Part shown: in pieces, positions 35,857 through 46,900 of the stretch
How the letters are laid out: every line of letters begins with the position of its first letter
How positions within the stretch are numbered: the stretch's first letter is position 1
NCBI GenBank assembly: GCA_018814355.1
Contig: JAHIZT010000053.1
Coordinates: forward strand, 798-64,797
Reading direction: 5' to 3'
Source: Thermoplasmatota archaeon
GTDB lineage: Archaea > Thermoplasmatota > Thermoplasmata > UBA10834
Length of the DNA stretch: 64,000 bases
The notes under the pieces: generated by a model
Database searches by the model: none
Told to the model about the DNA's origin: nothing
The model's input: the letters and a program-made list of their open reading frames with translations, nothing else
Made by a program: the position numbers and the translations under genes

Positions 35857-36294
35857 TCACGCGACTTCCATCGAGCGCCCCTTGTCTTTGGCACCTGGCG
35901 CCTTCTGAGGAGGACCACCCTGAATCTGCGGCGGAGGAATAGGTGGCGGAAGTGCCAAGTCCCTGGCGCATATCACCGCGGAGGGCATGCAATTGGCATA
36001 GATGGCCGTCAGGACGGGATTGAACACCTCGCTCGGCAACACGTTCGTCTGAGACCACTGGCTGGCCAGTTGCTTGGCCTCGCCGTCCCAAACGACTCTG
36101 CCCTCGATCTTGATCATTCCAACGCCCATGTAGTTGACAGTGAATCTGAAATCGAATTGGGCATCTCTGTCCGAAATCGCACTAACGCTTGTCACGGCTG
36201 TGTTCTGATCAACCCTGAGATGAGGTATCCTCTCGCCTAGCTTGGAGTACCTCTTGGCATCTATGGAAACGAGTTCGAACGACTTGATGGGCAT
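35857..36294 (-). CDS. Hypothetical protein with Pro-rich C-terminus
   Basis: 145-aa ORF, beta-rich, followed by PPPIPPPQIQGGPPQKAPG. No family call. Confidence 0.3.
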   Translation of the reverse strand: MPIKSFELVSIDAKRYSKLGERIPHLRVDQNTAVTSVSAISDRDAQFDFRFTVNYMGVGMIKIEGRVVWDGEAKQLASQWSQTNVLPSEVFNPVLTAIYANCMPSAVICARDLALPPPIPPPQIQGGPPQKAPGAKDKGRSMEVA

Positions 36295-36409
36295 GAAGCA
36301 GAACCTCTGCGGTCAGCTCTAAGAGCATCTAGCCAATTTAAACTATCCCACGCACAGAAATGAGTGCAACGGGAACTCCTGAGCGACGAAATCATATGAG
36401 AGATCGAGG

Positions 36410-36482
36410 TGCCGTGGGCCGGACTCGAACCAGCGACTTCAAGATCTTCAGTCTTGCACTCTCCCAGCTGAGTTACCACGGC
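36410..36482 (-). tRNA. tRNA-Phe (anticodon GAA)
   Basis: Reverse-complement fold: acceptor GCCGTGG/CCACGGC, D stem ACTC/GAGT, anticodon stem CAAGA/TCTTG with loop CTGAAGA, T arm GCTGG-TTCGAGT-CCGGC. Confidence 0.85.
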
Positions 36483-36756
36483 ATCCGTGAGCAGATTGGC
36501 AGTTACGCACAACCCTATATTAAACCTTGGCGAGCGGCACTTCGTCACGGTCTGCCCGGGAGGGCTTGGCCCGAGCATTCATTGAGGCGGCAGTCTTCGA
36601 ACATTCGTCGCTGCGAGTAGTGTGCTCTCTCCGGGCGAAGTCTTCTGTCGTTTTCTCCACAATCCACATGCATTTTTGTGCGATACCAGAAACGACAGTT
36701 TTAAATATGTTCCAGTAGCTGATTAGGTTACTTCGAAACACCTGTTTGGTGGTCTG

Positions 36757-37767
36757 ATGAACTTGTCCCCCCAGCACGCGAGCTATTGTGCAGACTCGAC
36801 CGGCAACCGGATCAAGAAATCACCGCGGTGGGACAACGGCGAGGGCGTGGCCTCCACAATCGGAACAATCATGTCGCTCCTCGTTTTCTTGACGGCCTTT
36901 GGGATGTTCACGAACCAGTTCGTGCCCGTATGGATGAGCGACAACGAGAGCAGCCACATGTCAACGGTCATCCAGCAGTTCACGACGCTCAAGTCGTCCG
37001 TGGACATCAGCATCTCTTACAACTCAAACAGCAGGATAGCACCTACGCCAGTGTTCGTGCCGATCACTTTGAGCTCGGCAGGCATCCCCGTGTTTGCCGC
37101 CCCCACCGCGGGGATACTGCGATACATTCCCGAAGCGATCAATCAGAGGCCTATGTTCAACATCACCTATAGTTACATTTCCCCAACTGGCACGCCGAAC
37201 ACCTTGAGCTCGAGCAACGATGGGCACTCAGGCGGCTCGCTAGACCTCTACTGTCCCAACAGATACTTTGTCGAGCAGCACTTGGTCTACGAATCGGGCG
37301 CAGTGATCCTCAACCAAAGCGATGGTGAATTCATCATTGCCGGGCCGCAGTTCTCAGTCAGGAACGTTGGGACTGCCAGCTCCCCGGAGATTGTGGTAAT
37401 GTTGACCCAGATCTCGCTCCAGGGCCTGAACAAGACCATCGGAGGCACTGGCTCCAAGGGAGTCACTGCGGACCTGCTATATGCGGACACGACGGCATAC
37501 GAGAACAGTGCAGGATCTCAGGTTACCATCACAATCGTCTCGAACCACGGCTATGCATGGTATGAGTACTTCCTGAGCAGGCTGGACGGCACGGCCGACA
37601 TGACAATAGGTAACGGGTTCACCCTGACGAAGGCACTTCTCCCATTCCCCCCATCCCCCAACAGAATGAACAACTACTACGTGGTCACCCTGACAATAGA
37701 CAATGTACATATTCTGGACTACACGCATGCCATCGTGAAGCTCTCGATAGGGGAGCTCGGAGTATAG
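36757..37767 (+). CDS. Putative archaeal pilin-like / archaellum-accessory-like protein with class-III-type N-terminal hydrophobic segment, N-glycosylation-sequon rich
   Basis: Charged leader (NRIKKSPRWDNG) then hydrophobic helix EGVASTIGTIMSLLVFLTAFGMF; beta-rich with many N-x-S/T sequons. Lies directly upstream of the FlaI-family ATPase. Confidence 0.35.
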   Translation: MNLSPQHASYCADSTGNRIKKSPRWDNGEGVASTIGTIMSLLVFLTAFGMFTNQFVPVWMSDNESSHMSTVIQQFTTLKSSVDISISYNSNSRIAPTPVFVPITLSSAGIPVFAAPTAGILRYIPEAINQRPMFNITYSYISPTGTPNTLSSSNDGHSGGSLDLYCPNRYFVEQHLVYESGAVILNQSDGEFIIAGPQFSVRNVGTASSPEIVVMLTQISLQGLNKTIGGTGSKGVTADLLYADTTAYENSAGSQVTITIVSNHGYAWYEYFLSRLDGTADMTIGNGFTLTKALLPFPPSPNRMNNYYVVTLTIDNVHILDYTHAIVKLSIGELGV

Positions 37768-37777
37768 GAGTGATCTC

Positions 37778-39538
37778 ATGGCTGAAGCTCAACCAAAGGT
37801 AAAACACGAAATCGATGTCAAGGCCCCGCCGATGCCACTTGGCGCCAGGATATATCAGGGCTGGGTGGGAGCTGTGAGCAAACTGAAGTCGTCCCCTATC
37901 GAGATCAGGGCTCCGAGAGGCGCGGCCGCACGGAAACGCGACTGGAGCCACGGTAGGGGTTCAGTGTACACCAAGATACCGCCGATCACCGACACCGCCA
38001 TTCAAGAGATCGGGTTCTACAGCGTGGTCGAGCCGTTCAGTTACACAAGAGCGACATACAACAGCACGATCAGCGAGTACATCCTGACCAACATAGAGCC
38101 CACCCTGACCGAGGACGAGGAGGAGCTCCTCAAACTCATCAAGGAGACCCTTGAGAAGACCCTCGAGTACGAATGGGACAAGCTGGCCGTGATGGACAAC
38201 AAGACATTCCTGGAGAGGAGCGTGGACAGTTTCATCAAGTCCAGAGGCATGAGCATCGAGCCGATCTCCAAGGACAAGATCACGTACTTCATCTCGAGGG
38301 ACTTTGTGGGCTACGGGAAGATCGACGCCCTGATGAACGACAAGAACATCGAGGACGTTTCGTGCGATGGCGTGGGAATCCCGCTGTTCGTGTTCCACAA
38401 CAAGTTCGAATCCATCAAGACGAACGTGTCGTTCGAAGACGAGGACGACCTCAACTCGTTCGTGATAAACCTTGGCCAGAGATGCGGCAAACAGCTGTCC
38501 GTCTCGAACCCGATACTGGACGGCACGACACCCGAAGGGCATAGAGTCCAAGCGACATACGCAAGGGAGGTCACGACCAGGGGCGCGTCGTTCACGATAA
38601 GACGGTTCAAGGAGAAGCCCTTCACTCCCGTCGAGCTAATCAAATACGGAACGGCGTCACCCGAGATCGTTGCGTACTTGTGGCTCAGCGTTGAGCACGG
38701 CGAATCCGCAATAATATGTGGTGGGACTGCCAGCGGCAAGACGGCGACACTGAACGCAATGGCCCTATTCATACCGCCAGGCGCCAAGGTCGTCACCATG
38801 GAGGATACGAGGGAGATCAATCTGCCGCATGAGAACTGGATCCCCGGTACGACAAGGTCCGGCGTTGGTGAGCGTGGCCCGGACGGCAAGGCCGCAGGAG
38901 AGATCGACATGTACGACCTCGTCAGGGCGGCGTTGAGGCAGAGGCCAAACTACATCATCGTCGGTGAGGTCAGAGGCAAGGAGACATACACGATGTTCCA
39001 GGCGATGGCGACCGGGCACACGACGTTCTCCACGATGCACGCTGACAGCGTTAAAGGAATGGTCAACAGGCTCGAGAACCCGCCCATCAACTGTCCCAGG
39101 ATACTTCTCACGGCCCTAAGGAACGTCATCATCCAGACCCATGCGAGAGTCGGGATGGGCATGGTCAGGCGGATCAAGCAGCTCATTGAGATCGTCGGTT
39201 TCGAGCCCGAGACGAACGAGCTCATAAGCAACACCGTCTACGAGTGGGACCAGGCGTCTGACAAGTTCATATTCAAAGGCCACAGCTTCCTTTTCGACAA
39301 GATCATGGAGATGAAGAACCTGACCCACGAGGAGCTCACGCAGGAGTTCGAGCGCAGGGTCGACATCGTGAAGTACATGGTCGCGAAGGATATTGCGGAC
39401 CACCGCGAAATATGGGGTCTGATCAGGGAGTATTACAAAGACCCCAAGGCCACCGCGGAGATGGTCCGCAAGGAGCTCCACGGGGCGGCTCCCAGACCCG
39501 CGCAGGTAGTAGTTTCCGGAGGTGAGGCAACTGCCTGA
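37778..39538 (+). CDS. FlaI/ArlI-family type IV filament assembly ATPase (paralog 1)
   Basis: Strong similarity to the archaeal FlaI core: Walker A GGTASGKTATLNA, Walker B/Asp box IIVGEVRGKE, His box TFSTMHAD. Confidence 0.8.
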   Translation: MAEAQPKVKHEIDVKAPPMPLGARIYQGWVGAVSKLKSSPIEIRAPRGAAARKRDWSHGRGSVYTKIPPITDTAIQEIGFYSVVEPFSYTRATYNSTISEYILTNIEPTLTEDEEELLKLIKETLEKTLEYEWDKLAVMDNKTFLERSVDSFIKSRGMSIEPISKDKITYFISRDFVGYGKIDALMNDKNIEDVSCDGVGIPLFVFHNKFESIKTNVSFEDEDDLNSFVINLGQRCGKQLSVSNPILDGTTPEGHRVQATYAREVTTRGASFTIRRFKEKPFTPVELIKYGTASPEIVAYLWLSVEHGESAIICGGTASGKTATLNAMALFIPPGAKVVTMEDTREINLPHENWIPGTTRSGVGERGPDGKAAGEIDMYDLVRAALRQRPNYIIVGEVRGKETYTMFQAMATGHTTFSTMHADSVKGMVNRLENPPINCPRILLTALRNVIIQTHARVGMGMVRRIKQLIEIVGFEPETNELISNTVYEWDQASDKFIFKGHSFLFDKIMEMKNLTHEELTQEFERRVDIVKYMVAKDIADHREIWGLIREYYKDPKATAEMVRKELHGAAPRPAQVVVSGGEATA

Positions 39539-40559
39539 AATATCCGACGTCTTCAAGCAGGTCGAGGTCAAACCTTCTCAGTACCTCAAGACCTCGATCG
39601 CGCAGACGGGCGAGAGGCTCGGCCCGCATGCTGTAAGACTCACGAAGGGCGCTGTTCCCGAGTACATCAAACTCTCGCCGTTCCAAGACCTCGCGTGGAG
39701 GACGATGGGCAAGTACGCCAAGACGAGGACAGCCCAGCTGCAGCAGCTGGATGACTCGCTCCTGAAGGCCCACATGAAGATCAGGCCAGAGGAGTACCTG
39801 GCATATGTGTTGATGGGCACGCTCGTCTCAGCTATCATAGGCGTGGCAATCGGCATAGGCGTCGGTGTTGTCCTGTTCGGCCTCCTGGGCGTGAGCGTGG
39901 TTCTCAGAGTCGTGGTGGCGGCCCTCGCGATTGGCCTGCTACCGATAATGGCATACATGATGTTGCTCGGCTCCCCGCATTCGAAGGCGAAGAGACGCGG
40001 AAGAGACATAGAGAAGAGGATCGCCGCCGCCATGAGCTTCATCTCGGCGATGGCGTCGGCCGATGTCAACATCGATGTCATATTCAAGGAGCTGTCAAGG
40101 CAGAAGGTCTACGGAGAGATAAGCCAGGAGGCCGCGTGGATCACCAGGGACACCGAGCTGCTGGGGTCTGATATCCTTACGGCCATCAAGAAGGCTGCAA
40201 AGAGGTCCCCGTCCTCGAAGTTCCAGGACTTCCTTCAAGGCGTCATCACCACATCGACATCCGGCGGACAGCTGAAGCCGTATTTCCTGCTCAAGGCCGA
40301 GGAGTACCAGAAAGAGAACAAGCTTGCCCTCAAGTCCCAGATGGAGACCCTGGGTATGCTCGCGGAGTCGTTCGTGACCGTCGTCGTCGCGTTCCCCCTG
40401 TTCCTTGTGCTCATCCTGGCGATCATGGCCATCGTCGGCGGGGGAGACCCCCAATTCATGGTCATGATGCTCTATCTGATAGTGCTCGGGATGATCCCTG
40501 TGTCACAGTTCGGTTTCATATTCGTCATCTGGAACATGTCAAAGGAGAGTGCGATGTAG
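39522..40559 (+). CDS. TadC/FlaJ-like membrane protein, N-terminal T2SSF domain (ends at in-frame TAG)
   Basis: TM helices flank a cytoplasmic T2SSF-like domain. Ends at TAG 40557-40559, followed immediately in the same frame by ATG 40560. Confidence 0.6.
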   Translation: MRQLPEISDVFKQVEVKPSQYLKTSIAQTGERLGPHAVRLTKGAVPEYIKLSPFQDLAWRTMGKYAKTRTAQLQQLDDSLLKAHMKIRPEEYLAYVLMGTLVSAIIGVAIGIGVGVVLFGLLGVSVVLRVVVAALAIGLLPIMAYMMLLGSPHSKAKRRGRDIEKRIAAAMSFISAMASADVNIDVIFKELSRQKVYGEISQEAAWITRDTELLGSDILTAIKKAAKRSPSSKFQDFLQGVITTSTSGGQLKPYFLLKAEEYQKENKLALKSQMETLGMLAESFVTVVVAFPLFLVLILAIMAIVGGGDPQFMVMMLYLIVLGMIPVSQFGFIFVIWNMSKESAM

Positions 40560-41492
40560 ATGCCGCCTCAGAAAGCCATGAATGAGCAGGAGAGGGAGAA
40601 AGCCCTCAAACGGATACTGGCAACTGACAAGGTGGACCTGACGAAGACCCTCCTGGGCGCTTCGATGGGTGTGGCCGCGCTGTTCATATTCATGGCAATC
40701 GTGGACAACATGGGAAGCCTGAAACTCCCACTAGACCCGATCGACTGGATCATCTTCGCAATCGCGGCGATCATCGGCCCGTACGGATTCTACGCGACCA
40801 CCAGGGAGAAGCGCGTTAGGGAGATCGAGACGAGGCTGCCTGACTTCCTGAGAGATGTCGCAGAGGCCGGCAGATTCGGCATGACTCTCGCGAACGCAAT
40901 AGTCGTCGCATCGTCCGGAAGGTATGGTCGGCTGACACCAGAGATCACGAGGATGGCCGCGCAGATCGAGTGGGGCGTGCCCGCCTCCGAGGCCATCAGG
41001 CTTTTCTCCGAGAGGGTCAAGACGCCTCTGGTCACAAGAATGGCGTCCATCATCATGAAGGCCAACGACGCAGGCGGCAATGTCGCCGATGTGCTGAGCA
41101 TGGTCTCGCACGACGCAAAGGACACCATCCTGACACAGGAGGAGAGAGGCGTTACGATGCAGACCTACGTCCTGGTCGTATACATCGCCTTCTTCGTGTT
41201 CATCGCCACCATCCTGATCCTGCAGGGCCAGTTCCTTCCGAAGATGGAACAGGCAGGCAAGCAGGTCAGCGAGCAGGCGGAGAAGCAGGGCCTGGGGGAG
41301 ATACCGGGTGTGAGCATTCAGGTTGACATCATCCCTACGGTCTCGTTCATCTTCCTGCTGTCTGTGGTCGTACACGCGATAGGTGACGGTCTGCTGGCGG
41401 GAGTCATAGCGAATGGGAGCATACCGATAGGCATGAGGCACAGCTTCATAATGCTGATCGCAGGGTTCGTATCATTGAGGGTCATCGGGTGA
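40560..41492 (+). CDS. TadC/FlaJ-like membrane protein, C-terminal T2SSF domain
   Basis: Second T2SSF-like domain with TM helices. Same reading frame as 39522-40559. Confidence 0.6.
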   Translation: MPPQKAMNEQEREKALKRILATDKVDLTKTLLGASMGVAALFIFMAIVDNMGSLKLPLDPIDWIIFAIAAIIGPYGFYATTREKRVREIETRLPDFLRDVAEAGRFGMTLANAIVVASSGRYGRLTPEITRMAAQIEWGVPASEAIRLFSERVKTPLVTRMASIIMKANDAGGNVADVLSMVSHDAKDTILTQEERGVTMQTYVLVVYIAFFVFIATILILQGQFLPKMEQAGKQVSEQAEKQGLGEIPGVSIQVDIIPTVSFIFLLSVVVHAIGDGLLAGVIANGSIPIGMRHSFIMLIAGFVSLRVIG

Positions 41493-41498
41493 GTAAAG

Positions 41499-43208
41499 AT
41501 GACAGAGACTGAACAGCCCAAGATGCAAGTTGAACCTGGAACCGAGGAACCGAATGAGAAGAAGAAGGGCCCAGGCTTCATGTCGGCGTACTACAACTTC
41601 CTGCTGAAGATCAAACCGAAGCCCTTGATGATCGCCCTCCCCAAGAGCGAGACCGGCACGGACATGTCGAGGATAACGGACATCCCCAAGATTTCCGAGC
41701 CGAACGTGGACGAGGTGGAGCTACTTCCGATCAAACAGAACTACGTCTACGTGAGGATCAAGTATGACAACAAGTCCAACGAGTACCTTTACGAGGTCAT
41801 CGAGCCGAAGCTGTCCGAGGACGAACGGGATGTCCTGACGCTCCTGAAGGAGACCCTGGTCGCTTCTGTCGAGAAGATGACCGAGACGGTAGCCGAAGAG
41901 AAAGAGAAGTACCTCAGGAGGATAGTCGAGAGGCTCATGGTTCAGCTCGGGGTAACGCTCCACCCGATCTCGAAGGAGAGGGTGACTTACTACATCATCA
42001 GGGACTTCATCGGATACGGTGTGATCAACGCGATGATGTCAGACCCGAACGTGGAGGACTGCTCATGCGACGGCGTCGATGTCCCATTCTACATATACCA
42101 CAGGAAGTACGGCTCGATCAGGTCAAACCTGAGATTCGTCAAGGAGGTGGAGCTGGACGGATATGTCGTCTGGCTGGCCCAGAAGTGCGGCAAGCACATC
42201 TCTGTGGCGAGCCCGCTGCTCGATGCAACGATCCCGGACGGTTCCAGACTGCAGGCGACCCTCGGTAGGCACGTGACAAAGAGAGGATCCTCGTTCACCA
42301 TCAGGCGGTTCAAGGAGAACCCGTTCACGCCCCTCGACCTGCTCAAGTTCAAGACAATGAGCACGGAGATGATGGCGTATCTATGGATCTCGATCGAGCA
42401 CGGCCAGTCGATGCTCGTCTGCGGAGGCACTGCGAGCGGCAAGACTACTACCCTCAACGCGATCCTGCTTTTCATCCCGCCTCAGATGAAGATCGTCTCC
42501 ATCGAAGACACCAGGGAGCTCAACCTGCCCCACGAGAACTGGGTCCCGGGCCTCACGAGGGAAGGGTTCGGAGGCAAGAGCCACATCACTGGCAGGGCGT
42601 CAGGCGAGATAGACATGTTCGATCTCCTCACATCAGCCATGAGACAGAGGCCACAGTACCTGATGGTCGGTGAGGTCAGAGGCAAGGAGGCATACGTCGT
42701 CTTCCAGGCCATGGCCACCGGCAAGACCTGCTACTCAACCTTCCACGCGGAGGACGTCCAGGCGATGGTGCACAGGATGGAGAACGACCCGATCAACCTG
42801 CCAAGGGCGCTTATCACGGCACTGAACATCGTCCTACTCCAGGCACAGGTCAAGGTCGGCACCAAGATGACCAGGCGTGTGAAATCTCTTACTGAGATCG
42901 TTGGCATCGACCCTGAGACGAACGAGCTCATCACCAACTCGGTCTACACATGGAATCCCGCGGATGACAGCTTCAACTACAGCGGCCACAGCTACGTTTA
43001 CGAGAAGGTCAGGATGGCCAGGAACTGGGCCCCGAGAGAGATGGAGAGGGAGATCAAGAGGCGTGTGGACATCCTGGAGTACATGAAGAAGATCGGGATG
43101 GACAACCACAGGAAGGTCGCAACGATCATCTCTGCATATTACAAGGACCCCGAGAAGGTCATGAAGGAAGTGAGGGCAAAGCTGGCTGAGGGCGCGGAGA
43201 AGCTCTGA
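41499..43208 (+). CDS. FlaI/ArlI-family type IV filament assembly ATPase (paralog 2)
   Basis: Walker A GGTASGKTTTLNA, MVGEVRGKE, STFHAE. Roughly half identical to paralog 1 over the core. Confidence 0.8.
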   Translation: MTETEQPKMQVEPGTEEPNEKKKGPGFMSAYYNFLLKIKPKPLMIALPKSETGTDMSRITDIPKISEPNVDEVELLPIKQNYVYVRIKYDNKSNEYLYEVIEPKLSEDERDVLTLLKETLVASVEKMTETVAEEKEKYLRRIVERLMVQLGVTLHPISKERVTYYIIRDFIGYGVINAMMSDPNVEDCSCDGVDVPFYIYHRKYGSIRSNLRFVKEVELDGYVVWLAQKCGKHISVASPLLDATIPDGSRLQATLGRHVTKRGSSFTIRRFKENPFTPLDLLKFKTMSTEMMAYLWISIEHGQSMLVCGGTASGKTTTLNAILLFIPPQMKIVSIEDTRELNLPHENWVPGLTREGFGGKSHITGRASGEIDMFDLLTSAMRQRPQYLMVGEVRGKEAYVVFQAMATGKTCYSTFHAEDVQAMVHRMENDPINLPRALITALNIVLLQAQVKVGTKMTRRVKSLTEIVGIDPETNELITNSVYTWNPADDSFNYSGHSYVYEKVRMARNWAPREMEREIKRRVDILEYMKKIGMDNHRKVATIISAYYKDPEKVMKEVRAKLAEGAEKL

Positions 43209-43944
43209 GTTTGTTGATTCTGAGTATCTTCAAGACTGGGGGCGTAATCCGATTCGGGGCTATGCTCTTGTTCACGACCAGGATTTCCTGCCAGGGGACG
43301 ATGCTTCCCACCGCGCGCTCGAGCGACCAGTCTAATACTGACCGGCTGCATTCACCATCGCAGGCAGACTGGACGAAGGCCCACGTGGGCTCCTTTGGCT
43401 CTCTATTTGTTCTGGGGACCGCTCGTGATATGGGGCATTTTCGTTGCCGCCTTGATTCTGGTGGGATCTCCGATCCGGGTTAGGGTCAATGTGATGTGTG
43501 TTGCGGGGGCGGTACTCGGGATTGCTGCTGTGACTGCCGGATGGGACTTCAATACTAACACCACCTTGTGGGAGAGCTCCATGGGACTGTGGTACTTCAT
43601 CATAGCATCATAGCTCGCCTTGTTGACGCCTCTCTAGCCGGCCTAGGACGGGCGCTCAGCCTAGCAATCGATCTGAACTTCGCCCACCTGTACGGATATG
43701 ATATCTCAGGTGACGGGTATATGATCGCCTTCGTCTCCGCGGCGACAGTGATCCTCAGAATGGCGCTCCCGGTCTTTGTGGGACACCGGGGAGACTGGTT
43801 TCAGATGACGATTCGTGATCGACTGCTGACCGTTCGAGCGAGGGGGCTGCACCTGACCGGGAAGCCATCGACCTAGGGCCCTGCCAGAACAAAGGGAAAT
43901 GAAAAGCGTATAAGGGGTTTACTGGGTTTGGAGGCTCGAAAGGA

Positions 43945-46900
43945 CTACTGGTTCTCGTCCTCTTCGCCTGACCCGGTCTCTTTCTCCTCGCCGCTCACGG
44001 GCGTCTTGATGATCTTCTTGGGCACGACCTTTCGGTCTATCGGCCTTCTGATGACCATCCTGGGCGCCATTGCCGGAGGCACCTGCTGAGCCTGTGTGCC
44101 GCCTCTCTCCTCCGTCAGAGGCGCCCCCTCGACCGCCCTCTCCTCGGGCGGCGCCGCGGGTGGCAGGCCCTTCTTTGGCGGTGCTACTGCTGGCTTGACC
44201 GCCCCGAACACGGTGCCGCACTTGTGGCACACGTTCGCTTCCTTCGGGTTCAGCGTGCCACAGACCGGGCACGGGACCGGGCCCTCCTTCTTCTTCTCCT
44301 CTTCCCTGGCGAGCCAGTCGTCGAAGCTGATGTACCCAGGCTGCGCCATCCACCAGGCCTCGAATGCCTTCTCGCTGAACTTCTTGCCTAGCTCGGGCTT
44401 CGCGAGCTCGCGGTACTTGGAGACGATCTCATCGTACTCCTTCCTCATGCGCTCGAGGTAGTCGGCCTCCACTTCGGTCTCGCCCGCGAACTTCACGCCA
44501 CAGTTCGGGCACTCGGTCGATTCAGCAGGTATCCACGCGCCGCACTCGGAGCACTTCATCGTGCCAGCTTCGAACTCGACACCACACTTCGGGCATCTCT
44601 TGCTCGCGGCCGGTATGAACGCGCCGCACTCGCCGCACTCCACGAGTTTACCAAGACCATATATATAAGTGTACACGGTGAAGCCAGCAACAACGCCAAC
44701 AACAGCGACGATGATGAGTACCCAGACCCACCACGGGAACAATCCGCCCGAGACTTGTGCGCTCACATGGATCGTGGTCGCGCTGTCATAATCGGAGTCG
44801 AGGATCACGGCCCTGACGGTGTATGTACCAGTGTCAAGAGATGGCGGTATTCTCAGGAGGACGATTATGCTTCCGTCCAGGCTCGTCGTCTCAACGGTGC
44901 TGTTCGAGTCCGGCACAAGCTCGCCGGAAGAGTCGACCAGCCAGAACACAACTCCTGGCAGACTCTTGACAGGGTCACTCATGCCGGCGTAAGTCACCGT
45001 CGCACTGATGACCATCATATCGCCAGCATTGTATTCGGCGAAGTCACTAATGATCACCACATCGACTAGCAGCTGCGTTATGTTGAAGGGTGCTACAGCG
45101 AAGTTGTTGGCCTCGTTCGGCTCTGCTATCGATCCCGGCCCATCAAGCCAGACCCAGATCTCGTAAGCGCCTGGAGTTGTCAGGTTGATCGGCCACAGGA
45201 CCGTGACCAGGAGCGTGTTCTCCGTCGCGTTCGAGGAGATGTTGTAGTTCGCTTTCGTGTGGATGGTGTGGTTATAGCCTGCGCCCCTGACGCCGATCTC
45301 CACCTGGAAGGCATCTACCCGCCTTCCTCCAAGGTCCCTGACAAGGGCTCGGACGTTGACCTGGTGACCGAATACATCGCTCGTTACGTTGGTCGTGCCG
45401 CGCTGCACATAGATGTCCGAAGACACGATGGACAGGTCCGGCCTGACATCGGTCACGGCAATGATGATAGTCTGCTCATTGTTCATGTAGTTCGTTTCCA
45501 CTTGGTCATGGCCCTCGTTGACCCTCATCACTAGGGTCACATCAGTCCGAACCGTCACTGTCGGAGACGTGAAGGTCTGTGTCACCTCGAGAGATCCGCT
45601 AGCGGCCGAGAGAGACACGCCAGAGACATCCCAGGGTATCGGAGCTATCGACCCGCCGGCCCATGTGACATAGAGAACCAGGTTTGGATTGACGAACGGT
45701 GCTGCGTTCAGGTTCTGCAACTGCGCTCTTACCGTTACGGTCTCTCCTCCTGGCACAGCGATAGCTGGGGTCGTCTCGATTGAGGACAGCAGCAGATCTG
45801 GGTGGTCGTACACCATTATCTGGATGCTATCATGGTTGTTTAGAGGATCCATTTCCTCGTAACCGCCCATTAGAGTAGCCACAACCTCAATCGTGTGTTG
45901 CACTCCAGGATTCGCTGGATTCCATGGAACAGATGCCAATATGGATCCACCGGGCGTAATTCCCGTGATGTTGTCCGATCCGACGTACGCACCATCATCG
46001 AAGAAGTCGACCTGAACCAAGGTGCTCACGTTGTTTCCGTCATTGTAGATTCTCGCCTGTAGGTCGCACGCCGTCCCAACGATCACGAAGTCGATGGACG
46101 CCTTGATGGATGGATTGAGGGGTGATCCCGCACTGACCCTGATGTCCGGAAGGCTCTTGATGGTCAAGATGCCAGATGCGATCGCGGGCGTAGCATCATT
46201 TATCTCGCGGATCACGTTGAGCCTGTCTGCCACAACTAGGAATGTGTGACTGTTCGGGTCGACCTGCCCCGATGCGGTCCAGCTGGCACTCGCAACTCCG
46301 GACAAGCCTGCCATGATCACCGGTATGCTCGTCGTGGCGAACAGTTCGTTGTTATCTACATCTGGAATGCCATTCTTGTTGAAGTCGTCGAAGAACTCGA
46401 CAGCAACTTTGTAGGCGCTCGCAACACCAGTGTTGTTTATCCTTCCATATATCCAAACAGTCTCCCCCATCCTCAGGTGCGTGATGGAGACGCCTGTTGC
46501 GTTTAAAGCCCAAACAGGTGTGTAACCCTGGTTCACGCTGAGGTCGCATAGAGCGGCTGGAATCGTCATTGTGGCATAGGTTGCGTTCCTGCCGAGCGGC
46601 TTCTCATAGGGCTTGACGCTCAGGGAGATTTCCGAATCTCCCGAAGAATTGTCAGCATAGTATGGCTGTCCCGCAACTGCAGGATATGTGTACGTAGCAT
46701 TGACCCAGTAGTTCCCCACGAAGGTGGAACCGATGGAAGTCAGTCTCGTGCCAAGCGAATTGACCTTGGCAACTCCGAGTGATTCTGGCGCGGCGCTGCT
46801 CATCGCCCATCCGGCTGGGACCTGGCTGACATATGATCTTGTGGATACGTTCACGCCTGGCAGAGGCATTCCTGCCCCATCGAGGACAGTCACATGGATC

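Noticed and set aside
36757-37767. Calling the pilin-like gene an archaellin (FlaB)
   Set aside because: The N-terminal leader is long and lacks the canonical [KR]G cleavage context of archaellins. The mature part has no similarity to the archaellin conserved domain. It is kept only as pilin-like or accessory-like with low confidence.
40557-40559. In-frame TAG read as pyrrolysine
   Set aside because: TAG is used as the ordinary stop codon by many confident genes in this window (those ending at 1814, 5124, 7166, 12283, 12921, 13769, 16243, 18635). That argues against amber recoding. No pylTSBCD genes are seen.
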